Shown: positions 8,855-18,478 of the stretch, piece after piece
Layout of the letters: the number at the start of each line of letters is the position of its first letter
Position numbering within the stretch: position 1 is the stretch's first letter
Assembly: GCA_050015075.1 (NCBI GenBank)
Contig: JBEKCB010000006.1
Coordinates: 15,811-79,810 of the forward strand
Direction of reading: 5' to 3'
Origin: Candidatus Brocadiia bacterium
Lineage (GTDB): Bacteria; Planctomycetota; Brocadiia; CAIUPP01
Length of the DNA: 64,000 nucleotides
The notes under the pieces: generated by a model
The model's input: the letters and a program-made list of their open reading frames with translations, nothing else
What the model was told of the DNA's origin: nothing
Databases searched by the model: none
Translations under genes and position numbers: made by a program

Positions 8855-11784
8855 TCGTCGCTCCTCTTGTCAAAAATGGTGAAGAAGAAAGTCGTTCCCT
8901 CTCCGGGCTGCGACTCAAACCAGATTCTACCAGAATGCCGTTCAACAATCTTCTTGCACACGGCAAGGCCGATCCCCGTGCCGGGATACTCAAGGCGCGA
9001 ATGGAGTCGCTGAAAGATCAGAAAAATCCGGTCATGATACTTCGGCTCGATGCCGATCCCGTTGTCGCGGACGCTGAATACCCATGCGTCTTTCTCCCGC
9101 CTGGCCCCGATGTGGATGTCCGGCGCGCGTGGACCGTGGAACTTGATGGCGTTGCCGACGAGGTTCTGCAGCAATTGAACCATTTGGGACGGGTCGGCCG
9201 CGATCGTCGGCAGCGGATCGCTGCGAATGACCGCGCGGCTCGCCTCGATGGCGGCGCTCAGGTTGCCCACGGCGTCGTCCAGCGCCTGCTTCATGTCCAC
9301 AGGCGTGCGGGCTCCGCCCCGGGAGCCTACGCGCGAGTAGGTCAGCAGGTCGTTGATCAGCGCCTGCATCCGTTCGGCCCCCTCGACGACATGGCCGATG
9401 TACTTCTGGCCGTCGGCATCCAGCCTGTCCTTAAGCTGCTGCTTGAGAAGGGACGCGAAGCCACCCACGGCCCTGAGCGGCTCCTGGAGGTCATGGGAGG
9501 CGACGTAGGCAAACTGCTCAAGGTCCTTGTTGGAGCGCGACAACTCGGCCGCGGTCTTCTCCAGTTCCGAGGTCCGCTGCTTGACCAGTTCCTCCAGTTG
9601 AAGGCGGTATCGGGCCAACTCCTGTTCCATCTTGTTCCGCTCTGTGACATCGCGGGCGGCGGCGAAAACGCCTTGCACTTCGCCGGCCTCATTCCGGTAA
9701 ATCGTGGCGTTGTACAGGACATCGGCGGTGCGGCCGGCACTGTGACGGACCGTCAGAGGGTAGTCGCGCACAAAACCGTCCGATAGCACCTTCCGATACC
9801 CCGCGCCGGCCCTTTCGGGATCGGTGAAGTAGCTGGAGAAATCGGTGCCGATCAGACGCTGGCGCGGAATGCCCGTGGCTTCCTCCGTCGCCTTGTTCAC
9901 GTCGGTGATCTTTCCGTCAGGGCTGATGGTGACCAGCGGGTCGAGGCTGGCTTCGAGCAGGCTGCGGGCGTAGAGCGAGGCGACGCGCAGTTGGGCCTCC
10001 ATCCGGTTGTGTTCAGTCACGTCGCGGGCGGCGGCGAACACGCCCTGCACCGCGCCCGCTTCGTTGCGATAAACCGTGGCGTTATACAGCACGTCGGTGG
10101 TGCGGCCGGAGGCGTGGCGGACGGTCAGCGGATAATCGCGCACCGTGCCGTCGCGCAGCACTTGCTGGTAACCGGCGTTGGCCTTCGATGGCTCGGTGAA
10201 GTAGTCGGAGAAGTGGGTGCCGACGAGTTGCGCGCGTGGCACACCCGTCGCCGACTCCGTCGCCGCGTTGACGTCGGTGACGTTTCCATCGGGGCTGATG
10301 GTGACCAGCGGGTCAAGGCTGGCTTCGAGCAGGCTGCGGGCGTAAAGGGCTGTCGCGCGCAACTCCTCCGTGCGCTCAACCACACGCTTTTCGAGCGTCA
10401 GGTTCATCTCGCGCAACGCCTCCTCGGCGGACTTTTGCCGGGTGATGTCGGTGCTGACTTCCAGGATGTCCAGCGGCTTGCCGCGTTCATCGCGGCGCAG
10501 TGCCCAGAGGAGCGCCACAGGAATCCGGGTCCCGTCCTTGGTGCGGCGAGTCACTTCGCCTTCCCAGCGGCCGTTCAACTCCAGATCGGCGTGAATCTGC
10601 TCCAGCGGCCGGTCGAAATGCGTCTGCAGCAATTCTGAAGCAGGCTTGCCCTCGGTCTCCTCGGCATCATAGCCATAAAGCCTGCGGTTACCATCGCTCC
10701 AGCGGATGATGCGGTCATCCAGACTCCGGGCCAACAGGTTGCCGAGGTTCACCAGGGCCAGTTCCTTTTCCTGCGCGGCGCCGACGACTTCGGCTACGCG
10801 GGCGCGGCGCAAGCGCTCCGCCAGGAGGCTCAGGAAAATGCCTGCGCCGGCAAAGATGCCCAACGATACAGCGTCGGCCGCATGGGCGATACTGAACGAC
10901 CCTGTCGGCGCAACGAACCAATAGTCGGCTGCCAGCACGGTCAGGACCGTGGCCACGACTCCTGGTCCGCCGCCGGCGACCGTCGCCGCCAGGAGGACCG
11001 CCGGATAGAAGGTGATGAACATGGGCACAGGCCCGACATGCTGCTCCAACCAGCTTTTCAGCCAGGCGGCCAGGGCAATGACCGCCGCCGCGAAGGCGTA
11101 CCGGACGGCGGTTCCGGGCCATTTCCTGCCGGCGCCGCCTAATCGCAGATTACGATCTGCCAGCCGCACCGTGCGTATGAGGATGACCCCCGCAACCCCC
11201 AGAATGGCCAGCGACAGCAGCACGCCCAAGCCCAGCGTCAGCATGCTTTGCCGGGCGACCTTGCCGGCATCGCGACTCCGCGCGTCCAGCAAACGGTTCT
11301 CACGCTGCTCCATCACCGCGACGAGGTCCCGGATTTCGTCCGTGATGCGCTCGCCTTTCCCGCTGCTAATGATCGGCAAGGCCGCCTCCAAGCCGCCTTC
11401 CCTGCGATGCTGGATGAAATCCTTAAGAATATCGAGTTTTTCGCTGCAAAGCTTCTGAAGTTGCTCAAGGTCTCTCTGTTGATCGGGGTTGTCCCGGGTC
11501 AAGTATTTGACCGAGGCGACGTCGTTCTGAAACTCCGCGATGGCCGAGTCATACGGCGCCAGGAATTGCGCATCGCCGGTCAGAACAAAGCCTCGCGCGC
11601 CGGTTTCGGCCATCATGACCACCGATTGAACGCGCTCCAGGTTCTGCAGCACCTCGTGAGTATGGTCCACCCAGTCCTTGCTCTCGGTCAACCGCTGGAT
11701 AACCAGGTAGGATCGGACGCCCACGAAGCTGATGATCAGCAGCCCCAGGATTAACGCGACGGTGATTTTCGCTCCAAGTTTCAT
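8851..11784 (-). CDS. sensor histidine kinase: CHASE3 – TM – DUF4118-like – 3x PAS – HisKA – HATPase_c
   Basis: 977 aa with an N-terminal CHASE3 segment (…[33 protein letters not shown]…). Two nearly identical tandem PAS modules (…[26 protein letters not shown]…[36 protein letters not shown]…). H-box [10 protein letters not shown]-terminal ATPase with GTGIGLAV. Confidence 0.8.
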   Translation of the reverse strand: MKLGAKITVALILGLLIISFVGVRSYLVIQRLTESKDWVDHTHEVLQNLERVQSVVMMAETGARGFVLTGDAQFLAPYDSAIAEFQNDVASVKYLTRDNPDQQRDLEQLQKLCSEKLDILKDFIQHRREGGLEAALPIISSGKGERITDEIRDLVAVMEQRENRLLDARSRDAGKVARQSMLTLGLGVLLSLAILGVAGVILIRTVRLADRNLRLGGAGRKWPGTAVRYAFAAAVIALAAWLKSWLEQHVGPVPMFITFYPAVLLAATVAGGGPGVVATVLTVLAADYWFVAPTGSFSIAHAADAVSLGIFAGAGIFLSLLAERLRRARVAEVVGAAQEKELALVNLGNLLARSLDDRIIRWSDGNRRLYGYDAEETEGKPASELLQTHFDRPLEQIHADLELNGRWEGEVTRRTKDGTRIPVALLWALRRDERGKPLDILEVSTDITRQKSAEEALREMNLTLEKRVVERTEELRATALYARSLLEASLDPLVTISPDGNVTDVNAATESATGVPRAQLVGTHFSDYFTEPSKANAGYQQVLRDGTVRDYPLTVRHASGRTTDVLYNATVYRNEAGAVQGVFAAARDVTEHNRMEAQLRVASLYARSLLEASLDPLVTISPDGKITDVNKATEEATGIPRQRLIGTDFSSYFTDPERAGAGYRKVLSDGFVRDYPLTVRHSAGRTADVLYNATIYRNEAGEVQGVFAAARDVTERNKMEQELARYRLQLEELVKQRTSELEKTAAELSRSNKDLEQFAYVASHDLQEPLRAVGGFASLLKQQLKDRLDADGQKYIGHVVEGAERMQALINDLLTYSRVGSRGGARTPVDMKQALDDAVGNLSAAIEASRAVIRSDPLPTIAADPSQMVQLLQNLVGNAIKFHGPRAPDIHIGARREKDAWVFSVRDNGIGIEPKYHDRIFLIFQRLHSRLEYPGTGIGLAVCKKIVERHSGRIWFESQPGEGTTFFFTIFDKRSDE

Positions 11785-12344
11785 TTAGAGTTCTCCAAGG
11801 CCATCGAACTCCTCTCTAACGTCCAGACCTGCGCTGCGACAAACGACGAGGGGTTGTACGGTCGCTGATTTCGCGCATGGTCATGCGGTCCTCGTTCTTT
11901 CCGGACGGGCGCCACAGTTTCCCGCCGGAAGATTGCGTGATACCGCGACGCTTTCCGCCAGCACGCGGAAGCTTTTTTCACTGCCTGGCGCGGACGCGCA
12001 AGATCCGGTTTTTACGTTCGCTGCCTTCGCACGCGCGCCATTCCTGGACTTGTTCGTTTGCATGGCTGGGTTCTCCTTTCAGGCGCTTCACATTGCTGAA
12101 TGTGCCGATGCCACGAGCTTTCCCCTGCCCGGCGACGCCGACGTCAGCGCGATTATCCCACAATTGCGTTCGTTGATCCAACATGGAAGGCGGCCTCATC
12201 GGCGTCATGCCGGCGCCTCGCAGCGGGGTTTGTCCTATGCGAAGAGCGGGGAGACACCCGATTGTTTGCCGCCGTCGCTCTGCTAGAATGCCGGACGTGG
12301 GGCGAGAACTGGACGTCGGGGAATGCGGGGGCAAACCCGGACGG

Positions 12345-12393
12345 CCGGATAAAAGCAAGACGGCTCGACGTGAAGACGTCGAGCCGTCTTGCC
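12345..12393 (-). terminator. rho-independent terminator of ssrA
   Basis: Perfect 16-bp-stem hairpin CAAGACGGCTCGACGT-GAAG-ACGTCGAGCCGTCTTG. On the minus strand it is followed by TTGCTTTTATCC, ~50 nt downstream of the tmRNA CCA end. Confidence 0.55.
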
Positions 12394-12444
12394 TTCCAGG
12401 ATAAGGAAAAGGGCACTCGCGTCAGCAAGCGCCCTTCTCGCATT

Positions 12445-12805
12445 GGTGGAGGCGGGGGGAATCGAACCCCCGTGCCGTGGCACTTCAACAGAAGCTTCTA
12501 CGTGTGTGTTCCATCATTTGTCTTTTCTAGACCCTCAGGACTCCGATGGACAGGATTCCAGTTGGACCCGAGCCCGGACTTATCATTTCCCCACAACCCC
12601 GCCAGGCAGAAGGTTGCAAGTAGCCTGCTCTTGTCGCCCATTCCGGCCTCGCAGGCAAGACCGGATGAGCGTCGCAGCTAATTAGGCTGCGAGAGAGTAG
12701 TGCGTTTCAGCACTTAGTGTTTTTGCCGGGTGTTTAACGAGGCCTCCCGACAACCTCGACACGCCACTCCTGCATCATATTGCCCGGTCGAAGCCTTTCG
12801 CCCCC
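12445..12805 (-). ncRNA. ssrA: tmRNA (ssrA), one-piece, ~361 nt
   Basis: The minus strand reads 5'-GGGGGCGAAAGGCUUCGACCGGG…GGCCUCGUUAAACACCCGGCAAAAACACUAAGU GCU GAA ACG CAC UAC UCU CUC GCA GCC UAA…GGGGGUUCGAUUCCCCCCGCCUCCACCA-3'. The acceptor stem GGGGGCG/CGCCUCC, the T-arm, the CCA end, and a collinear match to the E. coli ssrA 5' third including the tag ORF ending …LAA-UAA are all present. Proposed tag: AETHYSLAA. Confidence 0.8.
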
Positions 12806-12936
12806 GGACAACCCGCAGAGGATCCGCTGCTGAAGCGAAAATTCCTCAACAGCGGTCTTGATCTGATTATATAGCGCCGCGACAGTTTTTGCAAAAGCGC
12901 CGGCCCGTTTTCGCGAGCGCGGAAGAGCTTTCGCGG

Positions 12937-13272
12937 TCACTCGAGGAGCACGTTCAGCTTCTGGAGAACGTCCTGCACGGCGGCTTCGGGCAACTCACAG
13001 CAGAGGGTTGCTCTTCTGGCGTGCCAGTCGAGACTCTTGACCTGATCGGAAAGCACGACTCCCGTGAGCTTGAGGCCGGTCGGTATTTGGACTTCAAACG
13101 GATAGCCCTTGGCGTGACTGGTCACAGGGCAAAACAAAGCCAGGCCGACCTTTCGGTTGTACGCCTCGGGCGACAGAACCAATGCGGGACGACGCCCTAC
13201 CTGCTCGTGACCCGCTTGAGGATCGAATGCCAGCCAGACTATGTCGCCCCGTTTCGGACAATAGGCGGCCAT
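12937..13272 (-). CDS. mazF: MazF/PemK-family endoribonuclease toxin
   Basis: 111 aa: …KRGDIVWLAFDPQAGHEQVGRRPALVLSPEAYNRKVGLALFCPVTS… matches the PemK/MazF fold signature. It is coupled 1 nt to the upstream antitoxin. Confidence 0.75.
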   Translation of the reverse strand: MAAYCPKRGDIVWLAFDPQAGHEQVGRRPALVLSPEAYNRKVGLALFCPVTSHAKGYPFEVQIPTGLKLTGVVLSDQVKSLDWHARRATLCCELPEAAVQDVLQKLNVLLE

Positions 13273-13526
13273 TACAACGTCTCCCGGCCCACAGGCATGC
13301 CCGCATCAATTTCTCGGTGCAGATTCTTCTTCGTCACATTCTTGAGCAATTCATCAAGCCGATAACGCCCGCGTCGAGTCCGGGCGACCACGATCTTTCC
13401 GTCTCGAACCGAGATGTCCACCGCGGAACCGGAGGTCAGCCGGGCATCCCTCGCGTACGAGCGGGGAATCCGCACCGCCAGACTATTACCCCATTTCTGA
13501 ACTTTCGCAACCATGTCTGTCCTCAA
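13272..13526 (-). CDS. mazE: MazE/AbrB-family antitoxin (SpoVT/AbrB swapped-hairpin)
   Basis: 84 aa: MVAKVQKWGNSLAVRIPRSYARDARL…VDISVRDGKIVV… is a classic AbrB/MazE N-terminus. It lies immediately upstream of mazF. Confidence 0.7.
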   Translation of the reverse strand: MRTDMVAKVQKWGNSLAVRIPRSYARDARLTSGSAVDISVRDGKIVVARTRRGRYRLDELLKNVTKKNLHREIDAGMPVGRETL

Positions 13527-13614
13527 TAATGTATCTACAATGAGGATACACTACGCATCGCGATAACGCAAGCCGCGCCGGCCCGCCACTGTCGCCTGCC
13601 GCGCCTCCGCCGCC

Positions 13615-14997
13615 CTACTGGGCCGCCTTGACGCGCTGGTCCTGAACTTCGACCGGACAGCCGGTGAAGGTGTTGCCCTCCAGCGTGATGGCCTCCGCCA
13701 CCGGGCTGATGCGGATGGCGATCTTTTGCTTTCCATCCCTGCTGTTCTCGAAGCGGCAGTTGACGATGGTGAGTTGGCGGGTTTTCCCCCTGATGTCCAC
13801 GCCGTACTCCCCTTCCGCGCCGCCATTGTCGCGAATCAAACAGCCTTCGATGCGATTGCGGTCGCCCTGGCGATTCTCACCGGGCTCTTCGCGGAATAGC
13901 ACGCCCACCTCGCCGTTGCGCTCGATGATGCAGTTGCGCATGACGTTGTCCGTGTCCCGGTGGCCGAAGTTCGTGCCGAACTTGAGGTTCTCGGACAACG
14001 TGCAGTCCTCGGCCAGGCCGTCGCAGGCCGCCCAGCACCAGTAGAGTCCCTGCGAGTTGCGTTTCGCGATGCAGCCCTTGAAGACCGGCCGCTGCGAGCC
14101 GCTGCCCGGATGGAAACCCAGGTCGCCGTTGTTGAGCGCCTGGCAGTTCTCGAAGTGCCAGTCGTCGCAGACCTGGAAGCTGAACCCGTCGCCGTTGAAG
14201 TCGCGAGCGGTCACGTTCCGGAACGTCCAGTGATTGCAGTACAGCCCGTAGCAGGCCCCGCCGTAGTTGTCGTTCAGCCGCGCATTCCCTGCGCGGTTTC
14301 CGTCGAGGACGATATCCTCGACCGTCACGTTATCCACGCTGCGCCCGTACAGGATGGAAAAGAGCGTCTCGACCTTCGCCCCTTCCTCCATCCAGAAATC
14401 CTTCTCGGTGCGCCGGTCCAGGTACAGAACGTTCTCGCGGATCGCCGTGACCGTGAAGAGCTGCACCTCGGTCACGTCATGCTCCGAGTCCGCCTGCTTA
14501 TTTTGGACGGCGATCCCGCAGCCGACGGTGAACCCTTTCGGGTCGGCCACCTGGAGGCAGTACTCGAACCAGTCGGCTTCGCGGACGACCGGCGAAGTGA
14601 CGCTGGGCGCTTTTTTCAGGACGGTCGTGTCGCCGGACCCGCGCAGCGTGATGCCCGGATGCAGGAAGATGGAGTTGCGCATCGTGTATGTGCCGGGAAG
14701 GACGCGGACGGTGCCGCCGCCGAGGCGGTAGACGTAGTCCATCGCGGCCTGGATGACCTTGTCGTCATTGCCCTGCAAGTCGCCTTCTCCCTGGCCGACC
14801 GTGACCTCCATTCGCTGCGGGTTGCGGATCGGCCGCATCGTGTTGAAATCAGCGGGCAGGTTCCGGGACATTCCTTTGGACTCCTTCATATCGGCCGCCA
14901 TCACGCTCGCCTGCGCGCCGGCGCAGAACAGTGCAAGCGCCAGCCATCCAATGCGTCTCGCGTCAATACTCGACTTCATGGACACTTTCCTCTCCAA
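13615..14997 (-). CDS. secreted right-handed parallel beta-helix (pectin-lyase-fold) protein, paralog A
   Basis: 460 aa. Signal peptide (…WLALALFCAGAQASVMAA). Repetitive NxxG/DG beta-helix rungs (…NCQALNNGDLGFHPGSGS…NCIIERNGEVGV…). ~75-80% identical to the ORF at 16155..17540. Confidence 0.55.
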   Translation of the reverse strand: MERKVSMKSSIDARRIGWLALALFCAGAQASVMAADMKESKGMSRNLPADFNTMRPIRNPQRMEVTVGQGEGDLQGNDDKVIQAAMDYVYRLGGGTVRVLPGTYTMRNSIFLHPGITLRGSGDTTVLKKAPSVTSPVVREADWFEYCLQVADPKGFTVGCGIAVQNKQADSEHDVTEVQLFTVTAIRENVLYLDRRTEKDFWMEEGAKVETLFSILYGRSVDNVTVEDIVLDGNRAGNARLNDNYGGACYGLYCNHWTFRNVTARDFNGDGFSFQVCDDWHFENCQALNNGDLGFHPGSGSQRPVFKGCIAKRNSQGLYWCWAACDGLAEDCTLSENLKFGTNFGHRDTDNVMRNCIIERNGEVGVLFREEPGENRQGDRNRIEGCLIRDNGGAEGEYGVDIRGKTRQLTIVNCRFENSRDGKQKIAIRISPVAEAITLEGNTFTGCPVEVQDQRVKAAQ

Positions 14998-15137
14998 CGC
15001 ACAACTTTCGTGTGGGCCGTTGCCGCTTCAGCCGGGATTCCTCGTTTGACCGTCCAACAAAGGGCAGTCAGTTTTCGTGCGTGAGACTACGCTGTCGAGT
15101 TGCCCCTGTCAAGCAGCTTCCCGTCAGCCCGCCGCTT

Positions 15138-15165
15138 CTCCTGTCATTCCCGCGAAGGCGGGAAT
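15138..15165. repeat. GNRA-loop hairpin repeat (ATTCCCGC-GAAG-GCGGGAAT)
   Basis: gtcATTCCCGCgaagGCGGGAATcc. The same 8-bp stem with a GAAA/TTTC loop recurs twice, in inverted orientation, at 45878-45965. Confidence 0.5.
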
Positions 15166-15519
15166 CCAGGCGTTTCCGTGCGCGGCTTGCCGGCCGAAGG
15201 AGAGTTCCGGATTCCCGTTTCGGTGAAATGGCCTAATTCATTGCAGTAACATCTCTTGTGACACACTGGGTTCGTTTTTTTCAAATCGTCTTTTGCGCAT
15301 CATCTCTCCGCCCCTCAGCAGGTTGCGACTTCTCATCTCGCATATCAGAAAGAAAGGTCTCTCGCAAAGACGCAAGGAGCGCCAAGAACGGCATATTCAG
15401 GTTGTTTTTAGTTCTTTGTGCTCTTAGCGTCTTGGCGAGATCATTCCGTTCTTCATGCGGACGTCAATCGCAATTGAGCAGGCGTTATTATAACACCGGA
15501 TATTCGGCGCGGAGCGGTC

Positions 15520-15615
15520 AGGGCAAATGAGTGCGCCTGCGAGCGGTTTCAGTGCGCTTGGAAGCGGTTTAAGTGCGCTTCAGTGCGCTTCGGAGCGGGT
15601 TGAGTGCGCTTTTTC
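15520..15615. repeat. short tandem repeat array of AGTGCGCTT / RAGCGGKTT (about 5 copies, ~21-22-bp periodicity)
   Basis: gagtgcgcctgcgagcggtttcagtgcgcttggaagcggtttaagtgcgcttcagtgcgcttcggagcgggttgagtgcgcttt. Confidence 0.6.
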
Positions 15616-15717
15616 CGGCGAGTTCCGTTTGACAGAGCCGCAACTCGTCAGCGACGGCCCCGTACTTCCGCGACTGGCACGCGATCAATGCTCTTGACGA
15701 GTTAAATTGATGGTGAT

Positions 15718-16008
15718 ATGCTCCTTTCTGTAGTTTGCGGGAAAGTCTCGTGGTCAGATCGGCCTTGTTGCGAGGCGGGGTTCTTGGACCTTCAGGGCGT
15801 TCTTGAGGCGTTGCGACGGCAGCCGTTTGAGCCTTTTGCAATCTCATTGGCTGACGGCCGCAGTCTGCGCGTCACGCATCCCGAGGCTGTAGCGGTTGGA
15901 AGGCGCCGCATTATCGTTGTCAACCCGGACGACTCGTGGACGGTCATCGAGCCTTTGCTGATCGAGTCGTTGGATTACAACGGCGCTCACCGCAAGCGGC
16001 GAAATTAA
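15718..16008 (+). CDS. hypothetical small protein (96 aa; the true start is probably internal)
   Basis: ORF …SLRVTHPEAVAVGRRRIIVVNPDDSWTVIEPLLIESLDYNGAHRKRRN. Its 3' ~50 nt plus the downstream hairpin are duplicated, in degenerate form, at 18585-18745. Confidence 0.25.
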   Translation: MLLSVVCGKVSWSDRPCCEAGFLDLQGVLEALRRQPFEPFAISLADGRSLRVTHPEAVAVGRRRIIVVNPDDSWTVIEPLLIESLDYNGAHRKRRN

Positions 16009-16154
16009 TGGCCCTCGCACTTGCCGGCGGGGCCTGAGCCTGTCGCCCTCGTCCTCGGTCGTGCAGATGAGCAGTTCGAGGACGACGACGACGACGAGGA
16101 CGCGTACGATGCGATTCCCGCCTGGTCATTCATACCTGTATACGCCCCGCTGTG

Positions 16155-17540
16155 CTACTTGGCCGGTTTGACGCGCTGATCCAGGACCTCGACGGGGCAA
16201 TCGGTAAAGGTGTTGCCTTCCAGCGTGATTCGTTCCGCCTCGGGGCTGATGCGGATGGCGACTTTTTGCTTGCCGTCCTTGCTGTTCTTGAAGCGGCAGT
16301 TGACGATGGTGATGTCGCGCGTCCTGCCCTGAATGTCCACGCCGCAGTCGCCCAGGGCGCCGCCGTTGTCGCTGATCGCGCAGCCCTCGAGGCGGTTGCG
16401 GTCGCCCTGGCGGTTCTCGCCCTGTTCGATCCGGAAATTGACGCCCGATTTGCCGTTGCGCTCGATGGCGCAATTGCGGAGGACGTTGTCGGTGTCCCTG
16501 TGGCCGAAGTTCGTCCCGTACCGGATGTTGTCGGACAATGTGCAGTCCTCGGCCAGGCCGTCGCAGGCCGACCAGCACCAGTAGAGCCCCTCGTAGTTCC
16601 CCTTCGCGACGCAGCTCTTGAAGGTCGGCCGCTGCGATCCGCTGCCGGGATGGAAGCCCAGGACCGTGTTGTTGAGCGACCGGCAGTTCTCGAAACGGAA
16701 GTCGTTGCTGCCCTGGAAGCTGAATCCGTCGCCGTTGAAGTCGTGCGCGATCACGTTCCGGAAGCTCCAGCGATTGCAGTTCTGCGCGAAAGCGGCGCAG
16801 CCGTAGTTGTCGTCCAGTTTCGCATTCTCGGCGCGGCTTCCGTCGAGGACGATGTCCTCGACCGATACGTCATTCACGTCGCGCCCGTAAAGGATGGAGA
16901 AGAGCGTCTGGACCTTGGCCTCGGTCTCCATCCAGTAATCCTTCTCGCAGTGGCGGTCGAGGTACAGGACATTTCCCTGGATCGCCGTGACGGTGTAGAA
17001 GGCGATCTCCGTTATGTCATGCTCCGCGGCCGACGGCTTGTTCTGGACGCAAATCCCGCAGCCGACGGTGAACCCTTTCGGGTCGGCCACCTGGAGGCAG
17101 TACTCGAACGCGTCGGCGTCGCGGGTGAGCGACGTGCTGACGCTGGGCGCTTTCTTGAGGATGGTCTTGTCGCCGGAGCCGCGCAAGGTGATGCCCGGCC
17201 GGAGGAAGATGGAGTTGCGCATCATGTACGAGCCGGGGAGCACGCGGACCGCGCCGCCGCCCAGGCGGAAAACGTAGTCCACCGCCGCCTGGATGACCTT
17301 GTCGTCATTGCCCTGCAGGTCTCCTTCACCCTGGCCGACGGTGATCTCCATTCGCTGCGGCTTGCGGATCGGGCGCATAGTGCTGAAATCGGCGGGCAGG
17401 TTCTGTGACATTCCTTTGGGCTCCTTCATATCGGCTGCCATCGCGTCCACCGGCGCGCCGGCGCACACAAACGCTAGCGCCAGCCATCCGATAGGCCTCG
17501 CGACTATGCTCGATTTCATGGACCGCTTCCTCTCCAACAC
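16155..17540 (-). CDS. secreted right-handed parallel beta-helix protein, paralog B
   Basis: 461 aa, collinear with and ~75-80% identical to 13615..14997. The upstream leaders are also homologous (…ctgtcaagcagctt…). Confidence 0.55.
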   Translation of the reverse strand: MLERKRSMKSSIVARPIGWLALAFVCAGAPVDAMAADMKEPKGMSQNLPADFSTMRPIRKPQRMEITVGQGEGDLQGNDDKVIQAAVDYVFRLGGGAVRVLPGSYMMRNSIFLRPGITLRGSGDKTILKKAPSVSTSLTRDADAFEYCLQVADPKGFTVGCGICVQNKPSAAEHDITEIAFYTVTAIQGNVLYLDRHCEKDYWMETEAKVQTLFSILYGRDVNDVSVEDIVLDGSRAENAKLDDNYGCAAFAQNCNRWSFRNVIAHDFNGDGFSFQGSNDFRFENCRSLNNTVLGFHPGSGSQRPTFKSCVAKGNYEGLYWCWSACDGLAEDCTLSDNIRYGTNFGHRDTDNVLRNCAIERNGKSGVNFRIEQGENRQGDRNRLEGCAISDNGGALGDCGVDIQGRTRDITIVNCRFKNSKDGKQKVAIRISPEAERITLEGNTFTDCPVEVLDQRVKPAK

Positions 17541-17860
17541 TTCAGCCGCGATTTCCCGTCCAACCGTCCTCCAAAGCCCGGCCTCCTTTGGAGCGCGAGA
17601 TTACATGGTCGAATTACCGCTGTCAAGCAGCTTGCGTCAGTGGGCTTTTTCCGGCGAACTGCACTTGACAGGCTGATGTGATATCCGACTTGTCCGCCGT
17701 AGCCCTGAGCGCAGCCGAAGGGGCGAAGACGGATTAGCGAGTCCGGCGGCGAACTGTCAAGATGCGGACAATAGCCGGCGATGCGTACAGGAAAAAGGCC
17801 GAGAAAACGCGGCCCACGCTTGCTTCACACATCGTATTGTGTTATGCTGTGTGTGGAGGT

Positions 17861-18068
17861 GATGACCATGGCAACCAATCTGCAGCTCGATGACCGACTC
17901 ATCCGGAAGGCCGTCATGCTGGGCGGGCACAGGACGAAGAAGGCCGCTGTCACCCAGGCGTTGACGGACTACGTGCGCCATCTTCAGCAGGAGAAGATTC
18001 TCTCGCTGTTCGGTAAGGTGGATTTCGACCCTGATTACGACTACAAGAAACAAAGGGCGAAGGGGTGA
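17861..18068 (+). CDS. vapB: VapB-type antitoxin
   Basis: RBS GGAGG then ATG. MTMATNLQLDDRLIRKAVMLGGHRTKKAAVTQALTDYVRH… matches the VapB-antitoxin family pattern. The stop overlaps the vapC start. The ORF track gives a longer, low-complexity N-terminal extension from 17781. Confidence 0.6.
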
Positions 18069-18478
18069 GAGTGCTCGTAGATACGAGCGTGTGGTCGCTG
18101 GCCTTGCGGCGCGGGCAACAGAGAGAACGGCCCGAAGCAGCGGAGCTTCGCCGCCTGATTGCCGATCACCGCGTGGAAATCATCGGCCCTGTCCGGCAGG
18201 AGATTCTTTCGGGAATTCGTGAGCCTTCTCACTTTGAAAAGCTCGAAGAGCGTCTTGCGGATTTCCCGGACTCGCCTATCAGGACTGAAGACTATGTAAC
18301 CGCTGCCAAGTTCTTCAATCTGTGTCGTTCGAAAGGCGTCCAGGGAGCAAACACTGATTTCCTGATTTGCGCCTTGGCCGTGCGAAACGAATTCGCCATT
18401 TTTACGACCGACAAAGACTTCGCGCTTTTCGCCAAGTGCCTGCCGATTGTGCTGCATAAAAATGCAGAAGATGGGTAA
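18065..18478 (+). CDS. vapC: PIN-domain ribonuclease toxin VapC
   Basis: 137 aa: VLVDTSVWSLAL…IGPVRQEIL…TDFLICALAVRNEFAIFTTDKDF shows the PIN acidic residues. GTG start overlaps the vapB stop. Confidence 0.8.
   Translation: MRVLVDTSVWSLALRRGQQRERPEAAELRRLIADHRVEIIGPVRQEILSGIREPSHFEKLEERLADFPDSPIRTEDYVTAAKFFNLCRSKGVQGANTDFLICALAVRNEFAIFTTDKDFALFAKCLPIVLHKNAEDG

Noticed and set aside
11785-12344. Integrated-island remnant or att site downstream of ssrA
   Set aside because: No repeat of the ssrA 3' end or integrase fragment could be recognised by eye in this 560-bp spacer. It is probably just the long promoter/leader of the sensor-kinase operon plus the ssrA terminator.
15520-15615. Possible mini-CRISPR array of AGTGCGCTT
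   Set aside because: The 9-bp repeat with 10-22-bp irregular gaps made of a second repeated motif is far too short. It is scored as an iteron-like tandem repeat instead.
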